Shown piece after piece: positions 7,822 to 19,100 of a DNA stretch of 32,000 bases (position 1 is the stretch's first letter; the number at the start of each line of letters is the position of its first letter). Location: positions 4,287,184-4,319,183 of the forward strand of contig NC_009767.1 of the NCBI RefSeq assembly GCF_000017805.1, given 5' to 3'. The notes beneath the pieces are model-generated. The model saw only the letters and a program-made list of their open reading frames with translations. It was not told where the DNA came from and ran no database searches. The DNA is from Roseiflexus castenholzii DSM 13941 (GTDB lineage: Bacteria; Chloroflexota; Chloroflexia; Chloroflexales; Roseiflexaceae). The position numbers and the translations under genes are program-made.

Positions 7822-8838
7822 ATGCACCTCATCGTAGACCAATTCGGCGTATTTATCTCAAAGCACCAGGGGCGCATTCGCGTCATGAAAGAGAAGGAAC
7901 GTCTATCGGAAGTGCCGATCATGCACCTGGAACAAATCCTCATTTGCAGCGACGGTGTCGGTCTCAGCAGCGACGTGGTGCGTGCCTGCGCCGAAGAAGG
8001 GATTCCGATCCACTTCCTCAACAGCGCCAACGGCGGCGACTATGGCACGTTCGTGCATAGCGGCATCACCGGCATGGCGCTCACCCGCCGTGCTCAATTG
8101 CGAGCCGGTGACGACGAGCGCGGATTGCGTCTGGCGCAGGCGTTCGCCAGCGGCAAAATCCAGAGCCAGGCGAACATGCTGCGCTACGCCGCCAAAAATC
8201 GCAAAGAGAACGACCCGGACCTGCACAACGACCTGATGCGCACCGCCACCGAAATCCTCGACGCCCTCCCGCCGCTGCGCGCCGTGCGCGGCGTCCTTAC
8301 CGACGAAACCCGCGCTGCGCTGATGGGCTTCGAGGGAATGGCCGGCGCGCGCTACTGGACAGCCGTGGCGCGCATCATTCCCGACGACCTCGGTTGGCCC
8401 GGACGCGAAACGCGCGGTGCGCGCGACCGCTTCAATCAGGCGCTCAACTACGGCTACGGCGTTCTCCAGTCTCAGGTGCGCACTGCCCTGATCCTTGCCG
8501 GGTTGGACCCCAATGCCGGGTTCCTCCACGCCGACCGACCGGGCAAGCCGAGCCTGACCCTTGACCTGATCGAAGAGTTTCGCCAGGCAGTCGTCGACCG
8601 CACCCTCATCGGGCTGGTCAACCGCCAGTTCGAGATTGTCCAGCGCGACGACGGACTGCTCGACGAGGACACCCGCAAACGCATCGCCGAGAAAATCCTC
8701 GAACGCCTGAACAGCACTGAGCTCTACGAAGGCAAGCGTCAGCCGCTCCGTCACATTCTCCAATGCCAGGCGCGCCACATCGCCACCTTTGTGCGCGGCG
8801 AACGTCCCACCTATGAACCGTTTGTGATGGGGTGGTGA
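7822..8838 (+). CDS. cas1: Cas1 integrase (338 aa)
   Basis: RBS AAGGAG at 7809-7814, then ATG 7822 (MHLIVDQFGVFISKH). Canonical Cas1 motifs NQALNYGYGVL and GFLHADRPGKPSLTLDLIEEFR. The track start at 7714 is unlikely because it lacks an RBS and gives a Cys-rich junk N-terminus. Confidence 0.92.
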   Translation: MHLIVDQFGVFISKHQGRIRVMKEKERLSEVPIMHLEQILICSDGVGLSSDVVRACAEEGIPIHFLNSANGGDYGTFVHSGITGMALTRRAQLRAGDDERGLRLAQAFASGKIQSQANMLRYAAKNRKENDPDLHNDLMRTATEILDALPPLRAVRGVLTDETRAALMGFEGMAGARYWTAVARIIPDDLGWPGRETRGARDRFNQALNYGYGVLQSQVRTALILAGLDPNAGFLHADRPGKPSLTLDLIEEFRQAVVDRTLIGLVNRQFEIVQRDDGLLDEDTRKRIAEKILERLNSTELYEGKRQPLRHILQCQARHIATFVRGERPTYEPFVMGW

Positions 8839-8917
8839 CGCTATGCGCGTGCGTGGCCGGACGGTGAGCATCCAGAGGGAGTCAGGTAACGACCGTTTGT
8901 GATGGGGTGGTGACGCT

Positions 8918-9175
8918 ATGCGCTGCCTGCTCATCTACGACATTCCCAACGACCGCGCGCGACAGAAGATTGCCGACGCCTGCCTTGACTACGGCTTACA
9001 GCGTATTCAGTACAGCGCCTTCAGCGGCAATCTCAGCCGCACCCATCAGCGCGAATTAATGACCGAAGTGAAGCGGCGATTGGGCAAAAACGCCGGTAAC
9101 ATCCAACTCTTCACCTTCCCGGACGACATCTGGAACGCGCGGCGTGTTATCAACCAGGGAGAAAGCCATGAGTGA
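8918..9175 (+). CDS. cas2: Cas2 (85 aa)
   Basis: MRCLLIYDIPNDRARQKIADACLDYGLQRIQYSAFSG is a typical Cas2 N-terminal ferredoxin fold with the catalytic Asp in YDI. Size and position next to cas1 agree. Confidence 0.9.
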   Translation: MRCLLIYDIPNDRARQKIADACLDYGLQRIQYSAFSGNLSRTHQRELMTEVKRRLGKNAGNIQLFTFPDDIWNARRVINQGESHE

Positions 9176-9764
9176 AAGCACTTTCGAGGTGACCGATCTG
9201 CGACAGTGGGCATACTGCCCGCGCGTCGTCTACTACCAGCACTGCATGCCCGACATCCGACCCATGACAAAGCTGATGATCGCCGGCATGGAAGAACACC
9301 GGGCGGAAAGTGGGCGCGAGGAGCGGCGTTCGCTGCGCACCTACGGATTGAAACAGGGCGAACGCTTCTTCGATGTACCACTGCGCTCAGAGACACTCGG
9401 GTTACGCGGGCGCGTCGATCTGGTCATCGCCCTGCCCGACCGACAGCACGCAACCGAAGTCATCGTCGTAGAATACAAAAGCACCGAAGGCAAAGCCGGT
9501 CCGCACGTCAAACTCCAACTCACCGCGTATGCGCTCATGATCGAAGAAGCGTGGGGCGTGCCGGTCAAACGAGGATTCATCTACCACATGCCGGAGCACA
9601 AAGCCGAAGCAGTGACAATCAGCGCCGCGCTGCGCGAGCGTGTGTACACAACCGTTGCCACGATCCGCGAAACAGTCGATCACGAACGCATGCCTGCGCC
9701 GCCCGCCTCACGCCGACAGTGCGCCGTCTGTGAATTTCGCCGGTTCTGTAACGATGTCGTCTGA
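9168..9764 (+). CDS. cas4: Cas4 RecB-like nuclease with Fe-S cysteines (198 aa)
   Basis: N-terminal WAYCPR Cys, RecB motif GRVDLVI...VVEYKS, QLTAYALM motif and C-terminal CAVCEFRRFC. The likely start is ATG 9168 (MSESTF), which overlaps the cas2 end by 8 nt. Confidence 0.88.
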   Translation: MSESTFEVTDLRQWAYCPRVVYYQHCMPDIRPMTKLMIAGMEEHRAESGREERRSLRTYGLKQGERFFDVPLRSETLGLRGRVDLVIALPDRQHATEVIVVEYKSTEGKAGPHVKLQLTAYALMIEEAWGVPVKRGFIYHMPEHKAEAVTISAALRERVYTTVATIRETVDHERMPAPPASRRQCAVCEFRRFCNDVV

Positions 9765-10129
9765 AGAGGTAAGGGGTCAGGGGTTAAGGATGAGGAGCAA
9801 CACCTTTACAAGTGTAAGAATAAAAGACATTGTAACCCTGGCTCCTGACCCCCGCCTTTCAGCGACGCTCTCGCAACTCGCCGGTCACGTGTTCAAAACG
9901 CCGTCTTCTGTAATCGGCGTGTCAAGGATTTTTGCAGGCATTTTCCGCTTCAGAAAGAGAAGAATGATGCTTCGCAACTTGACGCGGTTTTCAGACAAGA
10001 ATCGAGTTGCGAAACGCACCCATTCATGCTATGATGTTAGCGTTGCAACGACGCAGCAGGAAGGCTCAGGAGCGTCGAAGATCTATCACTACGACAATCC
10101 ACACGCACGAGAGAGGTGATGGAAGTGGG
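9765..10129 (+). promoter_or_regulatory. CRISPR leader
   Basis: A 365-nt non-coding, lower-GC stretch between the cas4 stop and the first perfect repeat. It contains an inverted repeat GGGGTCAGG (9773-9781) / CCTGACCCC (9844-9852) around an AT-rich core, and a promoter-like element. Confidence 0.75.
10007..10035 (+). promoter_or_regulatory. Putative sigma70-type array promoter: TTGCGA - 17 nt - TATGAT
   Basis: -35 at 10007-10012, -10 at 10030-10035, with 17-nt spacing. It lies about 95 nt upstream of repeat 1 and is oriented toward the array. Confidence 0.45.
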
Positions 10130-13100
10130 CTTTCCGATTTTTCGGCTCGCAGAAGAGCACTGAAATAATGATTGAACCAATCCGCCGCCTGGGCCAGCCA
10201 GTTTCCGATTTTTCGGCTCGCAGAAGAGCACTGAAATATATTTCGAATTCGACTAACCCGTACCAGTGTCCAGCTTTCCGATTTTTCGGCTCGCAGAAGA
10301 GCACTGAAATTCAACATATCTGAGACCGGGGGGGAATATTGCAGGTTTCCGATTTTTCGGCTCGCAGAAGAGCACTGAAATGCCATAGGTACTCCTCTGA
10401 CCTATGACCGGCGTCACTTTCCGATTTTTCGGCTCGCAGAAGAGCACTGAAATGGACGCAAGCGGTCTTATCCAGGCGCTTGCAGATTCTTTCCGATTTT
10501 TCGGCTCGCAGAAGAGCACTGAAATGAGCACTGGGCGGATAACCCGGCGCTGCGTCCTGCGCTTTCCGATTTTTCGGCTCGCAGAAGAGCACTGAAATTA
10601 CGTGATCAGGTTGTGTGTTAATTATTACTGGATTAACTTTCCGATTTTTCGGCTCGCAGAAGAGCACTGAAATTTCGCGACCGCGCCGACCGGACGCCAG
10701 CGCACCGCTTTTCCGATTTTTCGGCTCGCAGAAGAGCACTGAAATCGCGACGGACCGCGCGGCGCGCGGCGAACACGGCATCTTTCCGATTTTTCGGCTC
10801 GCAGAAGAGCACTGAAATTTCTCAAGGGCAACCAGTTTGTCAACCATATCGCGGTTTCCGATTTTTCGGCTCGCAGAAGAGCACTGAAATTGTCCGGGTT
10901 GACGCCTTCCTCACTGAAATGCAGGTTTCCGATTTTTCGGCTCGCAGAAGAGCACTGAAATCGGACAGCACCGCAGGCAGCAAGACGCCCAGCAGGCTTT
11001 CCGATTTTTCGGCTCGCAGAAGAGCACTGAAATCAGATCAACGAGTGGATATTGGTACTGTATATAACCGCTTTCCGATTTTTCGGCTCGCAGAAGAGCA
11101 CTGAAATTTGCGCTTGGCAAGAGCCTCTACACGCACGGCGCACTTTCCGATTTTTCGGCTCGCAGAAGAGCACTGAAATTTGCGTTCCCACAAGGTCGCC
11201 GTCGAAGACGGCGACTTTCCGATTTTTCGGCTCGCAGAAGAGCACTGAAATGCCAGCGCCGTGTCGCCCGGCTCGGGGGTTATCGAACTTTCCGATTTTT
11301 CGGCTCGCAGAAGAGCACTGAAATGGGGTTGGGGTTAAGAGGGGCCCACGACAGGACGCGATTTCCGATTTTTCGGCTCGCAGAAGAGCACTGAAATCTT
11401 GATTTGCCGGGCCCGGAAAGCGGGGCGTATGCACTTTCCGATTTTTCGGCTCGCAGAAGAGCACTGAAATCGCAGAGCACTGGGCGGACAACCCGGCGCT
11501 GAGGCTTTCCGATTTTTCGGCTCGCAGAAGAGCACTGAAATCGCGAAAGGGGGGGGGATTGGGGCAGTATGGTTAACTTTCCGATTTTTCGGCTCGCAGA
11601 AGAGCACTGAAATTCGACGCGGAGACGGTCGAGGAGGCGGTCGAGGAGGCTTTCCGATTTTTCGGCTCGCAGAAGAGCACTGAAATACCGCTCCCTCGCT
11701 TGCGTAGACGAACAACGTGCGCCTTTCCGATTTTTCGGCTCGCAGAAGAGCACTGAAATAACGCCGCGCCGCGCTCCTCATCAACAGCGCGCTCGCTTTC
11801 CGATTTTTCGGCTCGCAGAAGAGCACTGAAATTCAATGCTTACATCGATCTGGAACCGACCCGGATAACTTTCCGATTTTTCGGCTCGCAGAAGAGCACT
11901 GAAATATAGCGATGAAGGGGGGGATAACCTTCCCTTCTTTTCTTTCCGATTTTTCGGCTCGCAGAAGAGCACTGAAATCCCGTCCGCACGAGCGACATCG
12001 CGCGCGACGTGATCTTTCCGATTTTTCGGCTCGCAGAAGAGCACTGAAATCGTGGTGCCACGGCGCAGTCAACGACATGCGTCGACTTTCCGATTTTTCG
12101 GCTCGCAGAAGAGCACTGAAATCGCTCGGCGTCGACGTGCTGCTCAATTACGCCGGCTTTCCGATTTTTCGGCTCGCAGAAGAGCACTGAAATTCGACAA
12201 CACCGCGTCGCAGCAGTTCTTCCGCTACCTTTCCGATTTTTCGGCTCGCAGAAGAGCACTGAAATAAATTCGGCATCACGAACCTCCTCATCAACAAAAG
12301 ATTTCCGATTTTTCGGCTCGCAGAAGAGCACTGAAATGCGCGACTGACAGCAGCCCCATCGCCACGTTCACCGTTTCCGATTTTTCGGCTCGCAGAAGAG
12401 CACTGAAATTCCGGGTTCGTCCTTCTGGGCGCGTGGCGCGGCGCTCTTTCCGATTTTTCGGCTCGCAGAAGAGCACTGAAATCCCCGCTAGTACTTTAGT
12501 ACCACACACACACCACCACCTTTCCGATTTTTCGGCTCGCAGAAGAGCACTGAAATTCCTCGCTCTACGACGGCGAGGACGGGCTGGCAGCCTTTCCGAT
12601 TTTTCGGCTCGCAGAAGAGCACTGAAATATGTGAATATGCCCGCCGATTGACCGGTAAGGATAGTTTCCGATTTTTCGGCTCGCAGAAGAGCACTGAAAT
12701 CTTTTGCGGCGCGCCAGCGCACCCAGTCGCCGAACGTTTCCGATTTTTCGGCTCGCAGAAGAGCACTGAAATCGTCCAAACGTTCGTATCCTCAACCCAA
12801 TCGCCGCCGCTTTCCGATTTTTCGGCTCGCAGAAGAGCACTGAAATCCAAAAGACGCCGGGCGTGTTCTACGCCCGCGCCGGCTTTCCGATTTTTCGGCT
12901 CGCAGAAGAGCACTGAAATTCCGCGGCGGCGGCGGCGATGCTCATCACGCGATGTTTCCGATTTTTCGGCTCGCAGAAGAGCACTGAAATGATGTCATAA
13001 ACGAGCACGAATTTCTCGACACGCGGGTCTTTCCGATTTTTCGGCTCGCAGAAGAGCACTGAAATCGACTGCGGTCAACAGCGGCTCATCGCGCATTCGG

Positions 13101-16100
13101 CTTTCCGATTTTTCGGCTCGCAGAAGAGCACTGAAATATCTGCTCATCGACCTGGGCGAGGTGACGCTGCCGCCTTTCCGATTTTTCGGCTCGCAGAAGA
13201 GCACTGAAATCCTCGTCGTTGTAAACAGAAACCGAGACCAACGTATTTCCGATTTTTCGGCTCGCAGAAGAGCACTGAAATGTGTTCGACGCCGCGCGCG
13301 GGCTGTCGGGCTTTGATTTCCGATTTTTCGGCTCGCAGAAGAGCACTGAAATCCTGAACCTCGCCAGGAATATCGACGCCGCCAAACTCTTTCCGATTTT
13401 TCGGCTCGCAGAAGAGCACTGAAATCAGACATGTGCAGCGTCAATGGAGTGACGCACGCACTTTCCGATTTTTCGGCTCGCAGAAGAGCACTGAAATTGC
13501 TGCATTTGTAAAAAACGGGGAGTTTAGTCCTGATTTCCGATTTTTCGGCTCGCAGAAGAGCACTGAAATAAAAAGGCCTCTGGGAGCCATTATAAGGCGC
13601 GAAAATTTCCGATTTTTCGGCTCGCAGAAGAGCACTGAAATCCTTATGCTCGACATCGTAAGCGCGCCGCTGCCGACTTTCCGATTTTTCGGCTCGCAGA
13701 AGAGCACTGAAATCAAAACCTGCAACGGCGAACAACATCGCATCCATCACTTTCCGATTTTTCGGCTCGCAGAAGAGCACTGAAATCATCATGGATGAGT
13801 CGACGATGAGTCGCACGATAAGCTTTCCGATTTTTCGGCTCGCAGAAGAGCACTGAAATGCGTCAGCGCGGTGAGCGCAGGCAGCGCCAGGCTGCCGTTT
13901 CCGATTTTTCGGCTCGCAGAAGAGCACTGAAATGCTGGTATCGTCACGGTGCTAAACCGGCGAGGATTGGCTTTCCGATTTTTCGGCTCGCAGAAGAGCA
14001 CTGAAATTGTCTACACGACAGGTACTCGGGAGTTTATCGAGGCCTTTCCGATTTTTCGGCTCGCAGAAGAGCACTGAAATGGCTCGATGTACTTGCCAGC
14101 GGGCGACGATCAAATTGGCTTTCCGATTTTTCGGCTCGCAGAAGAGCACTGAAATCTGATCTCATTCCTTGTCAGACCAACAACACTGCGTTTTCCGATT
14201 TTTCGGCTCGCAGAAGAGCACTGAAATGTCTGGACGATCGATGCGGGAATGTTAGCAAGCACGTTTCCGATTTTTCGGCTCGCAGAAGAGCACTGAAATT
14301 CGGTCTTTGTGGCGGTCAAGCGGGCGATTGGACGCTTTCCGATTTTTCGGCTCGCAGAAGAGCACTGAAATCTGTCACTGATGAGACGCTCATCAGTAAC
14401 CGCAGCTTTCCGATTTTTCGGCTCGCAGAAGAGCACTGAAATGATGACATGGAACGGCGTTCGCGGTTGGAGCGCCTGTTTCCGATTTTTCGGCTCGCAG
14501 AAGAGCACTGAAATTGCGTGCATGAAGGCGTCTTGGCCTGAAGACGCTCACTTTCCGATTTTTCGGCTCGCAGAAGAGCACTGAAATAAACTCGCGCGCG
14601 CGGGCGAGGAGGGGGTCGTCGGATTTCCGATTTTTCGGCTCGCAGAAGAGCACTGAAATTGAAGGTATACGTAACGGTATAAACTGGTGACGGACTTTCC
14701 GATTTTTCGGCTCGCAGAAGAGCACTGAAATGATGGAAGATCGAGGGAATCGAATTCGCGTCGCCGGCTTTCCGATTTTTCGGCTCGCAGAAGAGCACTG
14801 AAATCACGCATTCACACGCGTCCGCCTACAGGCATATACACCTTTCCGATTTTTCGGCTCGCAGAAGAGCACTGAAATTCGCGCGCGCGCGAGTACTGCT
14901 TCCACCGCCGGACCCTTTCCGATTTTTCGGCTCGCAGAAGAGCACTGAAATCGTTCGGCGCGTGATGAGTTGATTACGCGCTCAATTTCCGATTTTTCGG
15001 CTCGCAGAAGAGCACTGAAATGCAGGGAGGGCATGAGATCGGCAAGCGCATCGTGCGCTTTCCGATTTTTCGGCTCGCAGAAGAGCACTGAAATTTCAGA
15101 GCCTTGTCCAATTCCAAGGCGACTTCCGCTTTCCGATTTTTCGGCTCGCAGAAGAGCACTGAAATGCTGGTCGAACTTTGTGGGTAGGAGGCACTAAACC
15201 GCTTTCCGATTTTTCGGCTCGCAGAAGAGCACTGAAATCACCTTTACTGAATAATACATGTTGACAAGAATGTCATCTTTCCGATTTTTCGGCTCGCAGA
15301 AGAGCACTGAAATTTGACGTGCGTGTCCGGCGTCTCACGCGACGCTGCTTTTCCGATTTTTCGGCTCGCAGAAGAGCACTGAAATTCGACCGCGCGCGCG
15401 CGGCGGTTAAGCACAAATGCTTTCCGATTTTTCGGCTCGCAGAAGAGCACTGAAATTCAGGACGGTCACCAGCGCTGGAGCATCGACGTAGCTTTCCGAT
15501 TTTTCGGCTCGCAGAAGAGCACTGAAATCAGATTACACTAATGTACAATTTACATCTATCCTTCTTTCCGATTTTTCGGCTCGCAGAAGAGCACTGAAAT
15601 CCATATCTCTTATATTCCTGACGTGATAATCATACCCTTTCCGATTTTTCGGCTCGCAGAAGAGCACTGAAATACCAACGACGCCGAAGCGCCGGCGGTT
15701 ATGGTGCGCTTTCCGATTTTTCGGCTCGCAGAAGAGCACTGAAATCTTATGCCTTATGAGGAGGACAAAAATGTGACTCTTCTTTCCGATTTTTCGGCTC
15801 GCAGAAGAGCACTGAAATGGCGCAATACACGGCGCCTTGGTAATTGTTGAAAAACTTTCCGATTTTTCGGCTCGCAGAAGAGCACTGAAATTAAGTACGG
15901 TCGTCAATAGTACTTCCGGCGTGCCAATTTCCGATTTTTCGGCTCGCAGAAGAGCACTGAAATCAAAAGTACAAAACTTCTTCTCACCGAAAAAATCGAA
16001 CTTTCCGATTTTTCGGCTCGCAGAAGAGCACTGAAATGCTGGGTGATGCGGGGCAAGCTGTTGAATCGTTGGTTTCCGATTTTTCGGCTCGCAGAAGAGC

Positions 16101-19100
16101 ACTGAAATCCGTCGTGGTGCGGGTACAGTCCAAGCAATCCGTCTTTCCGATTTTTCGGCTCGCAGAAGAGCACTGAAATGCATTAAGCGCTCTATTTTTG
16201 CATCGAAAATAGTCGCTTTCCGATTTTTCGGCTCGCAGAAGAGCACTGAAATCTTACAGTCAATTGACAATATTACAGGCGATTGGTCTTTCCGATTTTT
16301 CGGCTCGCAGAAGAGCACTGAAATTCGGGATCGTATGCGTGGTACTACAAAGGGCCCGCGCTTTCCGATTTTTCGGCTCGCAGAAGAGCACTGAAATTCT
16401 TACCCCGCCAATAATGCAGCGCCGGACCATCCGCTTTCCGATTTTTCGGCTCGCAGAAGAGCACTGAAATTTCTAGTTTGATGATGAGCGACTGCGCGTC
16501 TTAGCTTTCCGATTTTTCGGCTCGCAGAAGAGCACTGAAATGTATATGACTTGTACAGGCGAACAGTGTACACCTCATTTCCGATTTTTCGGCTCGCAGA
16601 AGAGCACTGAAATCCAATCGTATATATCTTATATTCCTAACGTGATAATCTTTCCGATTTTTCGGCTCGCAGAAGAGCACTGAAATCTCGCGACTTGACG
16701 CGCGACCTGATGCTCTGGGGTTTCCGATTTTTCGGCTCGCAGAAGAGCACTGAAATAGAAGTTTTGTTTTGGCGGGAAAACTGTGGTTTTACAATCTTTC
16801 CGATTTTTCGGCTCGCAGAAGAGCACTGAAATCGGCAGGAACAGCGCGCCAGCCTTCGAGCTCCGTGTATTTCCGATTTTTCGGCTCGCAGAAGAGCACT
16901 GAAATTGCCCAAAAAAAACCGGCGACACGCTTCCATTGTGTTTCCGATTTTTCGGCTCGCAGAAGAGCACTGAAATTGGTGCAGTCTCTGGACTCCATCC
17001 AGGCGCTGCGTGGTTTCCGATTTTTCGGCTCGCAGAAGAGCACTGAAATCGATAATACGCCTGATAATACGTTGTTGCATGCGATTTCCGATTTTTCGGC
17101 TCGCAGAAGAGCACTGAAATCTTCCGCGGTTTTGCGTACTTCCGCGTACTCCGGCGTTTTCCGATTTTTCGGCTCACAGAAGAGCACTGAAATTCGGCAG
17201 ATCCATGTCTTGCACGTTGACCGACCAGTTTCCGATTTTTCGGCTCGCAGAAGAGCACTGAAATCTTCCGACGCCGACGCCGGAGTACGCAGAAATTCGC
17301 TTTCCGATTTTTCGGCTCGCAGAAGAGCACTGAAATATGTGACGGTCTGCGATATGTTTCAGGGCAACATACTTTCCGATTTTTCGGCTCGCAGAAGAGC
17401 ACTGAAATGTGCCATTCCGCACGAAGGAAGGAATACCGCTGCGATTTCCGATTTTTCGGCTCGCAGAAGAGCACTGAAATCCGATCCGAGCGTGCTCTAT
17501 TTACCGTGTTTTCGAGTTTCCGATTTTTCGGCTCGCAGAAGAGCACTGAAATATTCTGATTTCGACGCTCTCTTGTGGCTTCAACCACTTTCCGATTTTT
17601 CGGCTCGCAGAAGAGCACTGAAATCCTCTCACCACCATTTTCGCTATGTCGGCATCGGCTTTCCGATTTTTCGGCTCGCAGAAGAGCACTGAAATGCATT
17701 CCCTGATGGAGGACGGCATGGATTGGATAATTTCCGATTTTTCGGCTCGCAGAAGAGCACTGAAATCGAGCGCCGACGGGCGCTGGTGGTCAGCGCGCTG
17801 CTTTCCGATTTTTCGGCTCGCAGAAGAGCACTGAAATTGAACAAAACTTTGGTCGATACCGGCCACTTTTTTCTTTCCGATTTTTCGGCTCGCAGAAGAG
17901 CACTGAAATAAAGTTCAATACCTGGAAAAACTTTACCTCGCAAATTTCCGATTTTTCGGCTCGCAGAAGAGCACTGAAATATTCGTAGTCCGGTTATCTG
18001 CTGGTCCTTATCGAACCTTTCCGATTTTTCGGCTCGCAGAAGAGCACTGAAATACAATCTCGACGTAGCACAGTCGCCAACCCGGGTTATTTCCGATTTT
18101 TCGGCTCGCAGAAGAGCACTGAAATCCCGAAGTGGTATGGACAGACCCCGACATATGCTCGTTTCCGATTTTTCGGCTCGCAGAAGAGCACTGAAATCTT
18201 GTACCCGCTGACAGTATTCCCCCCCCGTTTCACTTTCCGATTTTTCGGCTCGCAGAAGAGCACTGAAATGTCGCTCCCTCTCCAACGCCGCCGGATTGAC
18301 CTAAATTTCCGATTTTTCGGCTCGCAGAAGAGCACTGAAATTGAAACGAATGTCGCTTTCGCCGCGAATGTCTCATCCTTTCCGATTTTTCGGCTCGCAG
18401 AAGAGCACTGAAATCCGGTCAAGCGCACCGTCAGGCAGCACCAAGCCTGACTTTCCGATTTTTCGGCTCGCAGAAGAGCACTGAAATGCGATCCAGAGCG
18501 TTCTCCAACTCGTAAGGTTGTAAGTTTCCGATTTTTCGGCTCGCAGAAGAGCACTGAAATCGCTTTTCGCCGCGTTCAGCGCGCTGCGCACGGCGTTTTC
18601 CGATTTTTCGGCTCGCAGAAGAGCACTGAAATCGACTGTCATATGGGGATGCCGGTACATCGAGTGACTTTCCGATTTTTCGGCTCGCAGAAGAGCACTG
18701 AAATTCGAGCATCAGCACTGGCGGGGTTGTTGGACACGGCAAGCTTTCCGATTTTTCGGCTCGCAGAAGAGCACTGAAATCCCTGCCGCCAAAACGCTTG
18801 CGCGGCAGGCTGGAACTTTCCGATTTTTCGGCTCGCAGAAGAGCACTGAAATTTGACTATCTTGTTGCAACGTATCCTTATGGGGAATTTCCGATTTTTC
18901 GGCTCGCAGAAGAGCACTGAAATTTTCCCTTTCGAAATTGCTCGATAGAGAAGAATCGCACTTTCCGATTTTTCGGCTCGCAGAAGAGCACTGAAATTGC
19001 TATCGAGCATCTCTCCAGAACGTCGTCCGGTATCACTTTCCGATTTTTCGGCTCGCAGAAGAGCACTGAAATACAAGCGCAGGAAGTCAATCCATTGACC

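Noticed and set aside
657-9683. Long antisense or out-of-frame ORFs inside cas genes, for example 3014..3907 (-, 297 aa), 3588..4382 (-), 7903..8934 (-, 343 aa), 9206..9733 (+) and 2000..2602 (-)
   Set aside because: These are shadow ORFs expected in high-GC coding DNA. In each case the sense-frame product carries the recognisable Cas motifs.
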